Below are positions 8,685-18,065 of a DNA stretch of 64,000 bases, one piece after another; the first letter of the stretch is position 1; each line of letters starts with the position of its first letter. The DNA lies in contig MNTT01000008.1 of assembly GCA_001917135.1 (NCBI GenBank), forward strand, positions 6,216-70,215, written 5' to 3'. Origin of the DNA: Acetobacter sp. 46_36 (GTDB lineage Bacteria > Pseudomonadota > Alphaproteobacteria > RF32 > CAG-239). The position numbers were made by a program, and so were the translations under genes. Below the pieces are notes generated by a model that ran no database searches, was not told the DNA's origin, and was given only the letters and a program-made list of their open reading frames with translations.

Positions 8685-10553
8685 CGGCAGCGTTCCCCCG
8701 CCGATTTCTTTCATCGGACTGTTGTCGTCGTTGCCGACCCAAACCGCTGCCGTGTATCTGTCATTTGACCCGATAAACCAGGCGTCGCGATAATTTTGCG
8801 ACGTTCCCGTTTTGCCGCGGGCGTTTTTAACTTTTCTAGCCCGTTTTCCGGTTCCGCTGACAACCACCTCGCGCAGCAGAATATTAATGTTGCGAACCGT
8901 TTCCGGCTTCAAAACCCGTTCCCTTCCCGGCGAACGGTACTGATAAAGCAGATACCCGTCCGTATCTGTAATCTCGCGGATGGCATACGGAAACACCGCA
9001 TACCCCCCGTTTGCCGTTGCAGCATACGCCGCTGCCATATCCAAAACGCGCACTTCCGCCGCGCCGAGAATAATAGACGGCTCATCCTTGACCCCGGTCG
9101 TAATTCCCAGTTTCAGCGCCGTACTGATAATGTCTTCCAAATTCAGATACGTCGCCAAATCCACCGTCGCCACGTTCAGCGACTGGGCAAATGCCTGCTT
9201 CAGGCTGACGGCGCCGCGAAATTTCCGGTCATAGTTCTGCGGCTCCCAGTCGTCAATCCGGATTGGCTCGTCCGCCAGCAGTTCATCGGGGGAAAAGCCG
9301 TTTTCAAACGCGGTCAGATATACAAAAAGCTTAAAAGAGGATCCCGCCTGCCGCAATGCCTGTGTCGCCCGGTTAAACTGGCTCTTGTTATAGTCAAATC
9401 CGCCCGCCATCGCCTTAATCGCGCCGTTGCGGTCCAGAACGACCACCGCCCCCTCGCTGACGTTGTTTTGCCGGTTGGCGCGGATATATTTGCGCAGAAT
9501 ATATTCTGCCCGCTGCTGCAAATCATAATCCAGCGTCGTTTTGACATAAATATCTTCATCGCCGGTCTGCACCACATCCGGCAGAAGCCCCATCACATAA
9601 TCGCCGAAATACCTCGCGCCGAGAATTTTGCCGTCATCAGCCTCCCCAATCGGCAGGTCAATTGCGCTTTCCCATTCTTTAAGCGAAATGGAACCGGCGC
9701 GCCGCATGAGCTTCAGCACAACTTCCGAACGCTCCAGCGCCAGTTTTTTGTTCCTCAGGTAATTGTATTTGCTCGGCGCTTTCAACGCTCCGGCCAGAAT
9801 AGCCGCCTCGCGCAGATTCAAATCCTTTGCCTGCTTGTTAAAAAACCGTTTCGCCGCCGTATTCAGCCCGTACGCGCCGCTGCCGAAAAACACCCGGTTC
9901 AGATATATGTTCAAAATCTGCTTCTTGCTGAAGTGCTTTTCCAGCCACTGTGCCAGCAGATATTCCTGCACTTTGCGCCGGATGCTTTTCTCCCGGGTCA
10001 GAAACAGGTTTTTCGCCACCTGCTGCGTAATCGTAGACGCTCCCTGCGCATACCGCATCTTGGCAATGTTGACAGCCATCGCCCGTGCAAATCCGATATA
10101 GTCAAACCCGCCGTGTTTGAAAAAGCGCCGGTCTTCGGTATCAATCACCGCCTGATAAACATACGGCGGCAAATCGTCCACATCGACAGGCTCGGCAAAC
10201 AACGCGCCGTAAGACGTGATTTCCCGCCCGTCTGCCGCCAGAATTTTCACCCCGGCCTGCCGTTCGACATACACCGCCTTGGAAAAATCCGGCAGCGTCC
10301 TGTAACAGTAATAAACATAAAGGCCGGCACACAACGCCAAAACCAGCCCCAGCCACAAAGCCCCCATAAACAGTTTCAACTTCCATGATTGTTTGCCTTT
10401 GGCACCGCGTTGTTTCTTTTTTGATATATTCTTTTTCCGATTCGGCGCCTTCTCCGGCTGCGCTTGTTTTTTCCGGTTTAACGCCACGGACGGTTGCGCG
10501 CTCTTTTTCGGTGTTCTTCTTTTCAATGCTGCCTTTGCCATATTCCGCTCCAT
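8655..10553 (-). CDS. mrcA: class A penicillin-binding protein (transglycosylase/transpeptidase)
   Basis: Glycosyltransferase motifs EDRRFFKHGGFD and GASTITQQ; transpeptidase motifs SSFK and KTGT; N-terminal basic tail plus a TM segment. The alternative ATG at 10541 has the better GGAG RBS. Confidence 0.9.
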   Translation of the reverse strand: MERNMAKAALKRRTPKKSAQPSVALNRKKQAQPEKAPNRKKNISKKKQRGAKGKQSWKLKLFMGALWLGLVLALCAGLYVYYCYRTLPDFSKAVYVERQAGVKILAADGREITSYGALFAEPVDVDDLPPYVYQAVIDTEDRRFFKHGGFDYIGFARAMAVNIAKMRYAQGASTITQQVAKNLFLTREKSIRRKVQEYLLAQWLEKHFSKKQILNIYLNRVFFGSGAYGLNTAAKRFFNKQAKDLNLREAAILAGALKAPSKYNYLRNKKLALERSEVVLKLMRRAGSISLKEWESAIDLPIGEADDGKILGARYFGDYVMGLLPDVVQTGDEDIYVKTTLDYDLQQRAEYILRKYIRANRQNNVSEGAVVVLDRNGAIKAMAGGFDYNKSQFNRATQALRQAGSSFKLFVYLTAFENGFSPDELLADEPIRIDDWEPQNYDRKFRGAVSLKQAFAQSLNVATVDLATYLNLEDIISTALKLGITTGVKDEPSIILGAAEVRVLDMAAAYAATANGGYAVFPYAIREITDTDGYLLYQYRSPGRERVLKPETVRNINILLREVVVSGTGKRARKVKNARGKTGTSQNYRDAWFIGSNDRYTAAVWVGNDDNSPMKEIGGGTLPAEIWADIMK

Positions 10554-10663
10554 ACGATAGCTTTATGGCATAATAACGCACCGTTGGTTAGAAAAGATTT
10601 AATATCGGAAGATATTTGCCCCCAACATTATCGTACCTTTCCTGCCAACTTCTGCTGTCAGAC

Positions 10664-12280
10664 CTAATATTCCCGGCTCTTTTTAAACAATGTCGCTTTC
10701 TCTGCCGTTAAAGGCCGCGCCGCCGCTTTAAACTCACTTTTTTTCACTTCGCCGCGCGCCGCAATTTCGGCCTTCATCTCTGCCGACACTTTTGCCGGAC
10801 GGGCTGCCGCCGTAAGTTCGCCTTTCTGCTCAATCGCCGCCTCCCCGTTCTCATTAACGACCCCGGAAATATCACGCGCCGCCAGCCCGACGTCAATTGC
10901 CGTACTTGCTGCCGTTCCCAGCCCCGGCAGACACCCCAGAGCACCGGACGCCACTTCTCCGCAGGCGCCTTTCCAATCCCCGTCTTTAAGGCGCTGCCAT
11001 GCAAAATACGCTCCTGCGCCAAGGCTGACCAGCGGGATTTTCTTCAAGACCGATTTTCCGACCGCCGTGCCTGCCGTTTTGGCAACGGTTTTCGTAACGG
11101 CTTTGCCAACCGCCGTCTTTGCTACTGCCTGCCCGGCTTTCTCCGCCGTCTTGCCGACGGCTTTGGCGACTTTTGTATTAGAAACAGCTTTCTCCGCCTT
11201 GTCATACGCTCGCCCCAGCAGGGTCTCGTTCAAAATTTCCGCCCCGCCGTCAATCGCCGCGTCAACAGCCCGGTCAAACTTTGCATTGGCTGCTGCTGCC
11301 TGCGCCAGAATACCCGCCTGTTTCACCGCCTGCTCTGCTATTTGTTCAGCCGTCAGCGCCGCCGTTTTAGTCCCGCCTTTGGCTGCCAGTTTTTGCTCAA
11401 GTTTGTCCATCGATTCCGCAGCCATTTCCTTAACCGGAGCCACTTTTTGCTCCAGTGCCGCGTTTTGCTGCACAAAACCCTTTTCCCGCGCTTCTTTTTC
11501 CCGCAGGCGCTCCCCCATCATCTTAATCGTTTCCGATGATGGCACCCAATGGGGACGGAAATCCTTAATGCCCGCCTCTGCCAGTTCCCTTTGGATACGA
11601 GCCTCATGAGTACGGGCGATTGCCCCAACACCTTTTTCATGTTCCTGTAAAAAAAGCTCAATATCTTTGGCCGGAAAGTCATACATAACTCCGGCCTGCG
11701 CCATTCCCAGCGATGCCAGATTGTTTTTGTCAAACTTTATGTTCTTGAGTTCCGGATTTAACTCACAAAGCTCCGCCCACTCTTTTTGATACTCGCTCAC
11801 CATCTGCTCGCGGCTTCCGTGCTGCAAATTCCGCCATGCCTGAACATAAGCCCTTTCTTTGGCTGGTTTCTTACTGACATGCTCTTTTCCATCAATATCT
11901 GTCGGCTTCTCAAAACAAAAATCCCTTCCGTCGCCTTGTTGAAAGATATCTACACCGCCATGTTTTATAGCCTGTTCTCTATGATACTCGACATCAGACT
12001 TCCCGTTCGGAAACTTATAGCCGCCGCCGATGGCAATGCCGAGTTTTTTCTCCGCTTCCGGAATGCTCTCCTTTCCGTCAATTGCAGCAAGAGAATACCA
12101 ATCGGCAACCATCTTCTTTACCTGCTCTTCTGACGGTATCCTTTCCCACCATTTTTTCTTGAGTTCGGGACAAATGCGAACCATCTCGTCATAATACTCT
12201 TTGCCGCTGAAACTCTTTGACCGCGCAAAAATATCGTCCATAATGTCCGCATACGTCATACCGCTGAATTCTTCGCTCAT
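10664..12280 (-). CDS. hypothetical protein (538 aa): helical/charged N-part, AKAVGKTA-type repeats, C-terminal Gly-rich hydrophobic segment
   Basis: GGGAGAG RBS and a TTTACA-17-TATTAT promoter. No recognisable catalytic motif. Carries an A/K/T/V repeat tract and the segment GAGAYFAWQRLKDGDWKGACGEVASGALGCLPGLG. Confidence 0.6.
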   Translation of the reverse strand: MSEEFSGMTYADIMDDIFARSKSFSGKEYYDEMVRICPELKKKWWERIPSEEQVKKMVADWYSLAAIDGKESIPEAEKKLGIAIGGGYKFPNGKSDVEYHREQAIKHGGVDIFQQGDGRDFCFEKPTDIDGKEHVSKKPAKERAYVQAWRNLQHGSREQMVSEYQKEWAELCELNPELKNIKFDKNNLASLGMAQAGVMYDFPAKDIELFLQEHEKGVGAIARTHEARIQRELAEAGIKDFRPHWVPSSETIKMMGERLREKEAREKGFVQQNAALEQKVAPVKEMAAESMDKLEQKLAAKGGTKTAALTAEQIAEQAVKQAGILAQAAAANAKFDRAVDAAIDGGAEILNETLLGRAYDKAEKAVSNTKVAKAVGKTAEKAGQAVAKTAVGKAVTKTVAKTAGTAVGKSVLKKIPLVSLGAGAYFAWQRLKDGDWKGACGEVASGALGCLPGLGTAASTAIDVGLAARDISGVVNENGEAAIEQKGELTAAARPAKVSAEMKAEIAARGEVKKSEFKAAARPLTAEKATLFKKSREY

Positions 12281-12317
12281 TGCCGCTCTCCCGCCAAATA
12301 TCTCAATAATTGCTAAA

Positions 12318-12346
12318 ATAATACCACAAAATTAACACTCTGTAAA
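12318..12346 (-). promoter_or_regulatory. sigma70-type promoter (TTTACA-17-TATTAT) for the 538-aa orphan
   Basis: The minus strand reads TTTACA gagtgttaattttgtgg TATTAT. It lies ~35 nt upstream of the RBS. Confidence 0.55.
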
Positions 12347-12433
12347 CAAAAAACGCACAATCGCCGCTTTTCCCTTTACCTTACGCATTTTGCCTGCTAT
12401 ATTCTTTCCATCTGGAATATTGAGGAAAAATAC

Positions 12434-15226
12434 ATGACAAACACGCAAGATGCCAAAGAAAAAGTATGCCTGATAGACGGTTCGGGATATATCTTCCGCG
12501 CCTTTTTCGCCAGCCCGCAGATGACCAACCCCGAGGGTCTGCCCGTCAACGCCGTTTACGGCTTCCTCAATATGTTTTTAAGCCTGACCGCCAACATCAA
12601 ATGCGATTACTGCCTCGTGCTGTTTGACGCCAAACGCCAGAATTTCCGCAACGAATTTTTCCCTGAATACAAAGCAACCCGCCCCGAACTTCCGCCCGAG
12701 TTGAAACCGCAGTTCGCCCTTATCCACGAAGCGGTCGAGGCTCTGAACCTGCACTGGCTGCAAATGGAAGGGTATGAAGCCGACGACCTGATTGCTACTT
12801 ATGCCGATTTAGCGTTAAAAGAAGGCAAAGACGTTACTATCGTCTCCGCCGATAAGGACTTGATGCAGCTGATACGCCCCGGCGTCGAATTCTACGACGG
12901 TATGAAAAACAAGTTTTTCACTCCCGAAGACGTCAAAGAAAAATTCGGCGTTTATCCCGAACGCGTTACCGACGTGCAGGCCTTGGCCGGCGATTCCACC
13001 GACAATATCCCCGGCATTCCCGGCATCGGGCTGAAAACTGCCGCCGAACTGGTCAATATGTTCGGCTCGCTGGAAGGCGTACTGGAACACGCCGCCGAAA
13101 TCAAACAAAACAAACGCCGCGAACTGGTTATGGCGCATAAAGAAGACGCGCTCGTCTCCCAAAAGCTTGTTACCCTGAAACCTGACGTGCCGGTCGAACT
13201 GCCGCTAAAAGACCTGCGCTGTATGGCACCGCATCAGGACGTATTGATAAGCCTGCTCGACCGCCATGCTTTCAAAAGCCTCAAAAACAAAGCTTTAAAC
13301 TGGCTTAAACAGCGTTGCAGCGACCTGCCGGAAGAGGCGGACGCCGCCCCTGTTTACAAACCTGTTTATACTCTGGTTCAAACCCCGGCGGAACTTGATG
13401 CGCTCGCCGCCGCCATTCGCGCCGAAAACGCTTTTGCCTTTAAGGTACATACCGCCGGCAAAAAATTCCTCGGTCTGTCTGTCAGCCTGCAAAACGCTCA
13501 TGCCTGTTATATTCCCGTTACCGACACGCAAACCACATCTGCGCCCCTTGCAACAGACTTGTTCGGCGGAGATTTGTTCACACCCCCGCCCTCTGGCTCC
13601 ACTGCCGCTAAGGGGGGCAGCTCTTCCGCCGGCTTGTCCCTCTCCTGCCTTAAAGAATTTGTCCGGAGCCTGTTCGCCGACGCGTCCGTCCTTAAAATAT
13701 CCCTGAACCTGAAAGACAACCTGCACCTGCTTGACAGCGCCCTGCAAACGGAACTTTCCCCTTTCCCCTACGACGATGTGGCAATTATGTCTTACAACCT
13801 CAACAGCTCCGCGGCAACCCATACGCTGCCCGCCCTTGCTGCCGATTTTCTGGAAATGCCGCTCAAAAGCGCCGCCTCCGAATACAAAAAAGCCGACTTT
13901 TCGGCTATGCCCCCGGCAGAGGCGCTGAACTTCTTTGCCGAGGAGGCAGACTGCATCTTCCGGCTTTATAACCTGTTTTCCCCGCGTCTGCTGCCGGAAA
14001 AAAAGCTCTTTGTCTACGAAGGGATTGACCGCCCGCTTTCTGCCACTCTTTGTGATATGGAACGCGCCGGCATTATGCTTGACACCCTGCGCCTCAAGCA
14101 GCTTGACACGCGGTTCGACGATGAAATGCGCAAAATCTCGCAGGAAATCTATCAGCTCGCCGGCGAAGAGTTTAACCTCAGTTCCCCAAAACAAATCGGC
14201 GAAATTCTTTACACCAAATTCGGCATGAAAGGCAAAAAGCACACTTCCGGCTCGCTGAACACCAGTGCCGAAGTTTTGGAACAGATGGCGGAAGAACACG
14301 AACTGCCGCGCAAAATCCTCGATTGGCGCCAGTATCAGAAGCTGAAGTCCACATACACAACGGCACTGCTCGCTCTGATGGACAAAGACCACCGCATCCA
14401 CACGACATACAGCCAAATCTCCGTTAATACCGGGCGCCTGTCCTCGCTTAACCCCAACCTGCAAAACATTCCGGTACGCACGCCAATCGGACGCGAACTC
14501 CGCGAATGTTTCATCGCCGGACCCGGCTGCAAGCTGATAGCGGCCGACTATTCGCAGGTTGAACTGCGCCTGCTCGCGACCATTGCCGACGTCAAATTTC
14601 TGCAGGAAGCATTTCGCGAAGGCGTGGACATTCACCGCAAAACCGCTGCCCAGGTCTTCGGCATCCCATACGACGAAGTAGACGCCGGACACCGCCGCCG
14701 CGCCAAAGCAATCAACTTCGGCATCGTTTACGGCATTTCCGCGTTCGGGCTGTCCAAAGAAATTGAAACCACTCCTGCCGAAGCCCAGCGCTACATTGAC
14801 GCTTACTTCGCCAATATGCCGGAAGTCAAGGCCTATATGGATGCGACCATAAACTTCGCCCGCCAAAACGGCTATGTCGTAACTCCGTTCAATCGTAAAA
14901 TTACCATTTTCGGCATTCAGGACAATAACAAGCGCCTGGCATCGTTCGCCGAACGTGCGGCCATCAATGCGCCGATACAGGGCGGTGCCGCCGACATCAT
15001 CAAGCTGGCGATGAACAAAATCGCCGCCTCCCTTGCCGAAACCGGGCTGAAAACCCGTATGCTGCTGCAAGTACACGACGAACTGGTGTTTGAGGCGCCG
15101 CTTGACGAGGTGGAAACCGCTGCCGCGCTGATAAAACGGGAAATGGAAAACATTACCGGCATTGACCTCAAAGTTCCCCTGATTGCCGACGTCGGTATCG
15201 GGGACAACTGGGGCAAGGCGCATTAA
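12434..15226 (+). CDS. polA: DNA polymerase I
   Basis: 930 aa with a 5'-nuclease N-terminus, the DYSQVELR motif A and the QVHDELVFE motif C. GAGGA RBS. Confidence 0.97.
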   Translation: MTNTQDAKEKVCLIDGSGYIFRAFFASPQMTNPEGLPVNAVYGFLNMFLSLTANIKCDYCLVLFDAKRQNFRNEFFPEYKATRPELPPELKPQFALIHEAVEALNLHWLQMEGYEADDLIATYADLALKEGKDVTIVSADKDLMQLIRPGVEFYDGMKNKFFTPEDVKEKFGVYPERVTDVQALAGDSTDNIPGIPGIGLKTAAELVNMFGSLEGVLEHAAEIKQNKRRELVMAHKEDALVSQKLVTLKPDVPVELPLKDLRCMAPHQDVLISLLDRHAFKSLKNKALNWLKQRCSDLPEEADAAPVYKPVYTLVQTPAELDALAAAIRAENAFAFKVHTAGKKFLGLSVSLQNAHACYIPVTDTQTTSAPLATDLFGGDLFTPPPSGSTAAKGGSSSAGLSLSCLKEFVRSLFADASVLKISLNLKDNLHLLDSALQTELSPFPYDDVAIMSYNLNSSAATHTLPALAADFLEMPLKSAASEYKKADFSAMPPAEALNFFAEEADCIFRLYNLFSPRLLPEKKLFVYEGIDRPLSATLCDMERAGIMLDTLRLKQLDTRFDDEMRKISQEIYQLAGEEFNLSSPKQIGEILYTKFGMKGKKHTSGSLNTSAEVLEQMAEEHELPRKILDWRQYQKLKSTYTTALLALMDKDHRIHTTYSQISVNTGRLSSLNPNLQNIPVRTPIGRELRECFIAGPGCKLIAADYSQVELRLLATIADVKFLQEAFREGVDIHRKTAAQVFGIPYDEVDAGHRRRAKAINFGIVYGISAFGLSKEIETTPAEAQRYIDAYFANMPEVKAYMDATINFARQNGYVVTPFNRKITIFGIQDNNKRLASFAERAAINAPIQGGAADIIKLAMNKIAASLAETGLKTRMLLQVHDELVFEAPLDEVETAAALIKREMENITGIDLKVPLIADVGIGDNWGKAH

Positions 15227-15470
15227 AAATGCCCCTCGCTGAAACAACCGGCCAACAGCAGGCTGACACTGGCGAAACAAGGCGCATTAAAACGCCAATC
15301 ACTGCAACATACCGCCCCGCAACTTGCCGCACAGGCGAAACAAGACGCATTAAAATACCTCTCGCTGAAACAATCGACCAACAGCCGGCTGACACTGGTA
15401 AAACAAGACGCATTAAAATACCCCTCGCTGAAACAACCGGCCAGCGCCCCGACAATAGGGACAAGACACA
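15215..15470. repeat. 4 x 63-64 bp degenerate tandem repeat seeded by the polA stop region
   Basis: Units start at 15215, 15279, 15342 and 15405 with aag(g/a)cgcattaaaa. Unit 1 contains the last polA codons plus TAA. Unit 2 is the most diverged. Confidence 0.9.
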
Positions 15471-15517
15471 CTTAAAGACACTCTATTGCTAAAACATACA
15501 AAAAAGAAAGGACAACT

Positions 15518-16150
15518 ATGATAATATTTGATTTGGACGGAACGCTCCTCAACACAGCAAAAGACTTGGAAATCGCCTTGAACTACGCCTTACGCGCCCA
15601 CAATTTCCCCGAAAAGACCGAAGCCGAAACGCTGGCTCTGCTCGGCAACGGCATTGACGCCCTGGTTGCCGGAGCTCTCCCCCAAGGCCGGCAAAACCCG
15701 GATTTTGAACCTGTTTTTACCACATTCAAAACTTATTATTCCGCCCACCTCAACGATTACACCGCCCCATACCCGGGCATTATTCCGCTGTTGCAGGAAC
15801 TGCGCCGGCGCGGCGTTAAAATGGGCATCGTTTCCAACAAATTTGACGAAGGCGTCAAGGCATTGGCAGCAAAATTCTTCGGCGGGCTGATAGATTATGC
15901 GCAGGGCGTGAGCAACACCGTAAAGAAGAAACCGGCTCCGGACGCTGTCTTCGCCCTGATTGCCGCCCAAAACGCTGCCACCGAACCGAACATATACGTC
16001 GGCGATTCTGAAGTGGACATTGAAACAGCACAAAACGCCAGCCTGCCCTGCATAAGCGTTTCCTGGGGCTTCCGCACCCGTGATGCTTTGTTGCAACACG
16101 GAGCACAAACCGTCATCGACCGCCCGGAAGAATTGCTGGAACATATCTGA
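15518..16150 (+). CDS. HAD-IA family hydrolase (phosphoglycolate phosphatase-like)
   Basis: IFDLDGTL motif I, VSNK motif II, and GDSEVD motif IV. Confidence 0.75.
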   Translation: MIIFDLDGTLLNTAKDLEIALNYALRAHNFPEKTEAETLALLGNGIDALVAGALPQGRQNPDFEPVFTTFKTYYSAHLNDYTAPYPGIIPLLQELRRRGVKMGIVSNKFDEGVKALAAKFFGGLIDYAQGVSNTVKKKPAPDAVFALIAAQNAATEPNIYVGDSEVDIETAQNASLPCISVSWGFRTRDALLQHGAQTVIDRPEELLEHI

Positions 16151-16273
16151 GAATCCAGACGCCGCCCCGCCACCAGAACCGCACCGTCTGCCGCTGATTT
16201 CAACACACCCGGCCGTCCGACGGACTTTCTCCCCCGTCAAAGCTCCGGCACCTCATTGCCGTCCGGCTCTTGT

Positions 16274-16849
16274 TTACCCGCGATAAAACTTTCCCTCTAC
16301 CTTGAGCTTCTTAAAATGCTCTGCGTCACGGTATTTGAAAACTTTTGCGGGGTTTCCGCCTGCAATCGCATACGGCGGTATCTCGCCGTGCACGACGGCA
16401 CCGCCCTGAATAATCGCCCCTTCGCCGATTTTCGTTCCCGGCAAAATTAAAACCCGCGCTCCAATCCAGACAAAATCGCCGATAACCACATCGCGAAAAT
16501 TTAACGTATCGTCATACGGAATGGCATCTCCCTCATAATTGTGATTTTGTGTAATAATCATGCAGTCGCCGGCAGCAATGACATACGACCCGATATCCAC
16601 CCTTCCTTTGCCGGTAATTTTCATGCCGTGAAAGCGCACGTTATCGCCCAACGTTGTATTGCGGTTTACCTTGCTCGGCCCGGCAACATACAGGTTCCTG
16701 CCCGTTTTTTTCGCCGTACGGCGGATTTTTGAAACATACGGATTCCGATAATCCCCGCACCACAAAAGGTTCTCCAGCCGCTTTAAAAACGGTTTGCGGT
16801 ATTTTTTGACCGGCATCAGATAACTCAACAATTTGGCTAACGTTTTCAT
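16274..16849 (-). CDS. hexapeptide-repeat (LbH) acyl/acetyltransferase
   Basis: Left-handed beta-helix repeats (IGARVLILPGTKIGEGAIIQGGAVVHGEIPPYAIAGGNPAKV). GGAGGA RBS. Confidence 0.75.
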   Translation of the reverse strand: MKTLAKLLSYLMPVKKYRKPFLKRLENLLWCGDYRNPYVSKIRRTAKKTGRNLYVAGPSKVNRNTTLGDNVRFHGMKITGKGRVDIGSYVIAAGDCMIITQNHNYEGDAIPYDDTLNFRDVVIGDFVWIGARVLILPGTKIGEGAIIQGGAVVHGEIPPYAIAGGNPAKVFKYRDAEHFKKLKVEGKFYRG

Positions 16850-16909
16850 TCTAAAATCCTCCGTTCAACTGTCGAAATAAAACCGTCATTTTTTTGCAAC
16901 AATTTAACA

Positions 16910-16940
16910 GAGAAAATCTCCTTGCAAATACAAGGAGATA
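16910..16940 (-). terminator. intrinsic terminator after mltG
   Basis: Minus strand: atctccttg-tatttg-caaggagat followed by ttttct. Confidence 0.7.
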
Positions 16941-17070
16941 ATATAAACTAAAGGATATGAAATAAAACGACCCTTTAAATACAGCGCCTTAAATACGGCT
17001 CCTGCCTGCTAAATATAACGCCCGCCTGCTTTTCCCGAAAGCTTTCTCCTCCCCAAACATCGCACATATA

Positions 17071-18048
17071 TCAACGCCCGCGCTGTTTCCGGTACAACAC
17101 CACATTTTTATTATGCTCGGTCAGGCTTCGGGCAAACCGGTGCCCGCCGCTCAACCCGTCCGCCACAAAATACAGATATTTTGTTTTTTCGGGATGAGCC
17201 GCCGCCCGTATCGCCTCGCGCCCGGGGCTGCAAATCGGCGCCGGAGGCAGCCCTGCATAAACGTATGTATTATACGGGGAATCCGCCGTCAGGTCTTTCT
17301 TATACAGCGGCCGTCCCAAATTCATCTGCCCGTTGGTTACGGCATAAATCACCGTCGGATCCGTTTGAAGTTTCATACCGAGATTAAGCCGGTTGACAAA
17401 TACCGAGGCAACCTTGCCGCGTTCGGACGCCAGACCGGTTTCTTTTTCAACGATGCTCGCCAGCGTCAGCAGCTCTTTTTCCGTTGTCAAGGGCAAATCC
17501 TTATCCCTTCCGGCAAACGCCGCCGCCAGTTCGTTCTTCATAGCCGTTTTTGCCTTTGCCAGAATGCTGTTGCGACTCTCCCCTCGGGAAAAATGGTAAG
17601 TTTCCGGCAACACGTCGCCTTCCCGCAATTCCAGCGTAATGTCTCCACTCAAATACGGATTATCCGCCAGAATTTTCTTTATCTCCGCCAGCGTTTTCCC
17701 CTCGGGTATCGTTACGCTGCGGACAATCACGTCGCCTTCTGCCAGACGCCGCGCCGCCTTCTCTATCGAAACCGTGCCGGCAAAAGCGTATTCTCCGGCC
17801 TTAATTTTCCCGGCCAGCCCGTTCAGCCGCGCATACAATACAAACAGCCGCGCATCGGCCACCACGCCCTTTTCTTCCAGCAACGCCGCCGTCCGGTTCA
17901 GCCCCGCCCCGCGCGGCACGGAAACTTCCGTCATCCCCGCAAGTTCATATTCCTGCCGAAATTGTTCATTCACCCATAAAACGGCGAAAGCCCCTGACAA
18001 CGCAAGCAAAAACATGGTTGTCAGGAGCCAACGGAATATCTTCATCAT
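17071..18048 (-). CDS. mltG: endolytic murein transglycosylase MltG (YceG family)
   Basis: N-terminal TM segment plus a YceG-like domain (TIPEG, LASIVEKE, YNTY.. GLPPAPI). Starts 17 nt downstream of fabF. Confidence 0.85.
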   Translation of the reverse strand: MMKIFRWLLTTMFLLALSGAFAVLWVNEQFRQEYELAGMTEVSVPRGAGLNRTAALLEEKGVVADARLFVLYARLNGLAGKIKAGEYAFAGTVSIEKAARRLAEGDVIVRSVTIPEGKTLAEIKKILADNPYLSGDITLELREGDVLPETYHFSRGESRNSILAKAKTAMKNELAAAFAGRDKDLPLTTEKELLTLASIVEKETGLASERGKVASVFVNRLNLGMKLQTDPTVIYAVTNGQMNLGRPLYKKDLTADSPYNTYVYAGLPPAPICSPGREAIRAAAHPEKTKYLYFVADGLSGGHRFARSLTEHNKNVVLYRKQRGR

Positions 18049-18065
18049 AAACCCGCCGTATCGTT

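Noticed and set aside
8796-10388. 530-aa plus-strand ORF opposite the PBP1A gene
   Set aside because: It is a shadow ORF antisense to a gene with clear PBP motifs. The translation is Arg/Pro/Gln-rich low complexity with no RBS or motif.
13295-15280. 661-aa minus-strand ORF opposite polA
   Set aside because: It is antisense to an unambiguous polA. Composition-driven open frame with no motifs.
15215-15470. Possible CRISPR array (regular 63-bp period)
   Set aside because: The whole 63-64 bp unit is repeated, including the would-be spacers. There are no unique spacers, no cas genes and no leader. The first unit is part of polA.
15229-15492. 87-aa repeat-encoded ORF just after polA
   Set aside because: It has no RBS and consists only of the repeat units. 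It is open in frame merely because the period is a multiple of three, and the opposite strand is equally open.
17113-17979. 288-aa plus-strand ORF opposite mltG
   Set aside because: It is an antisense shadow of the YceG-family gene.
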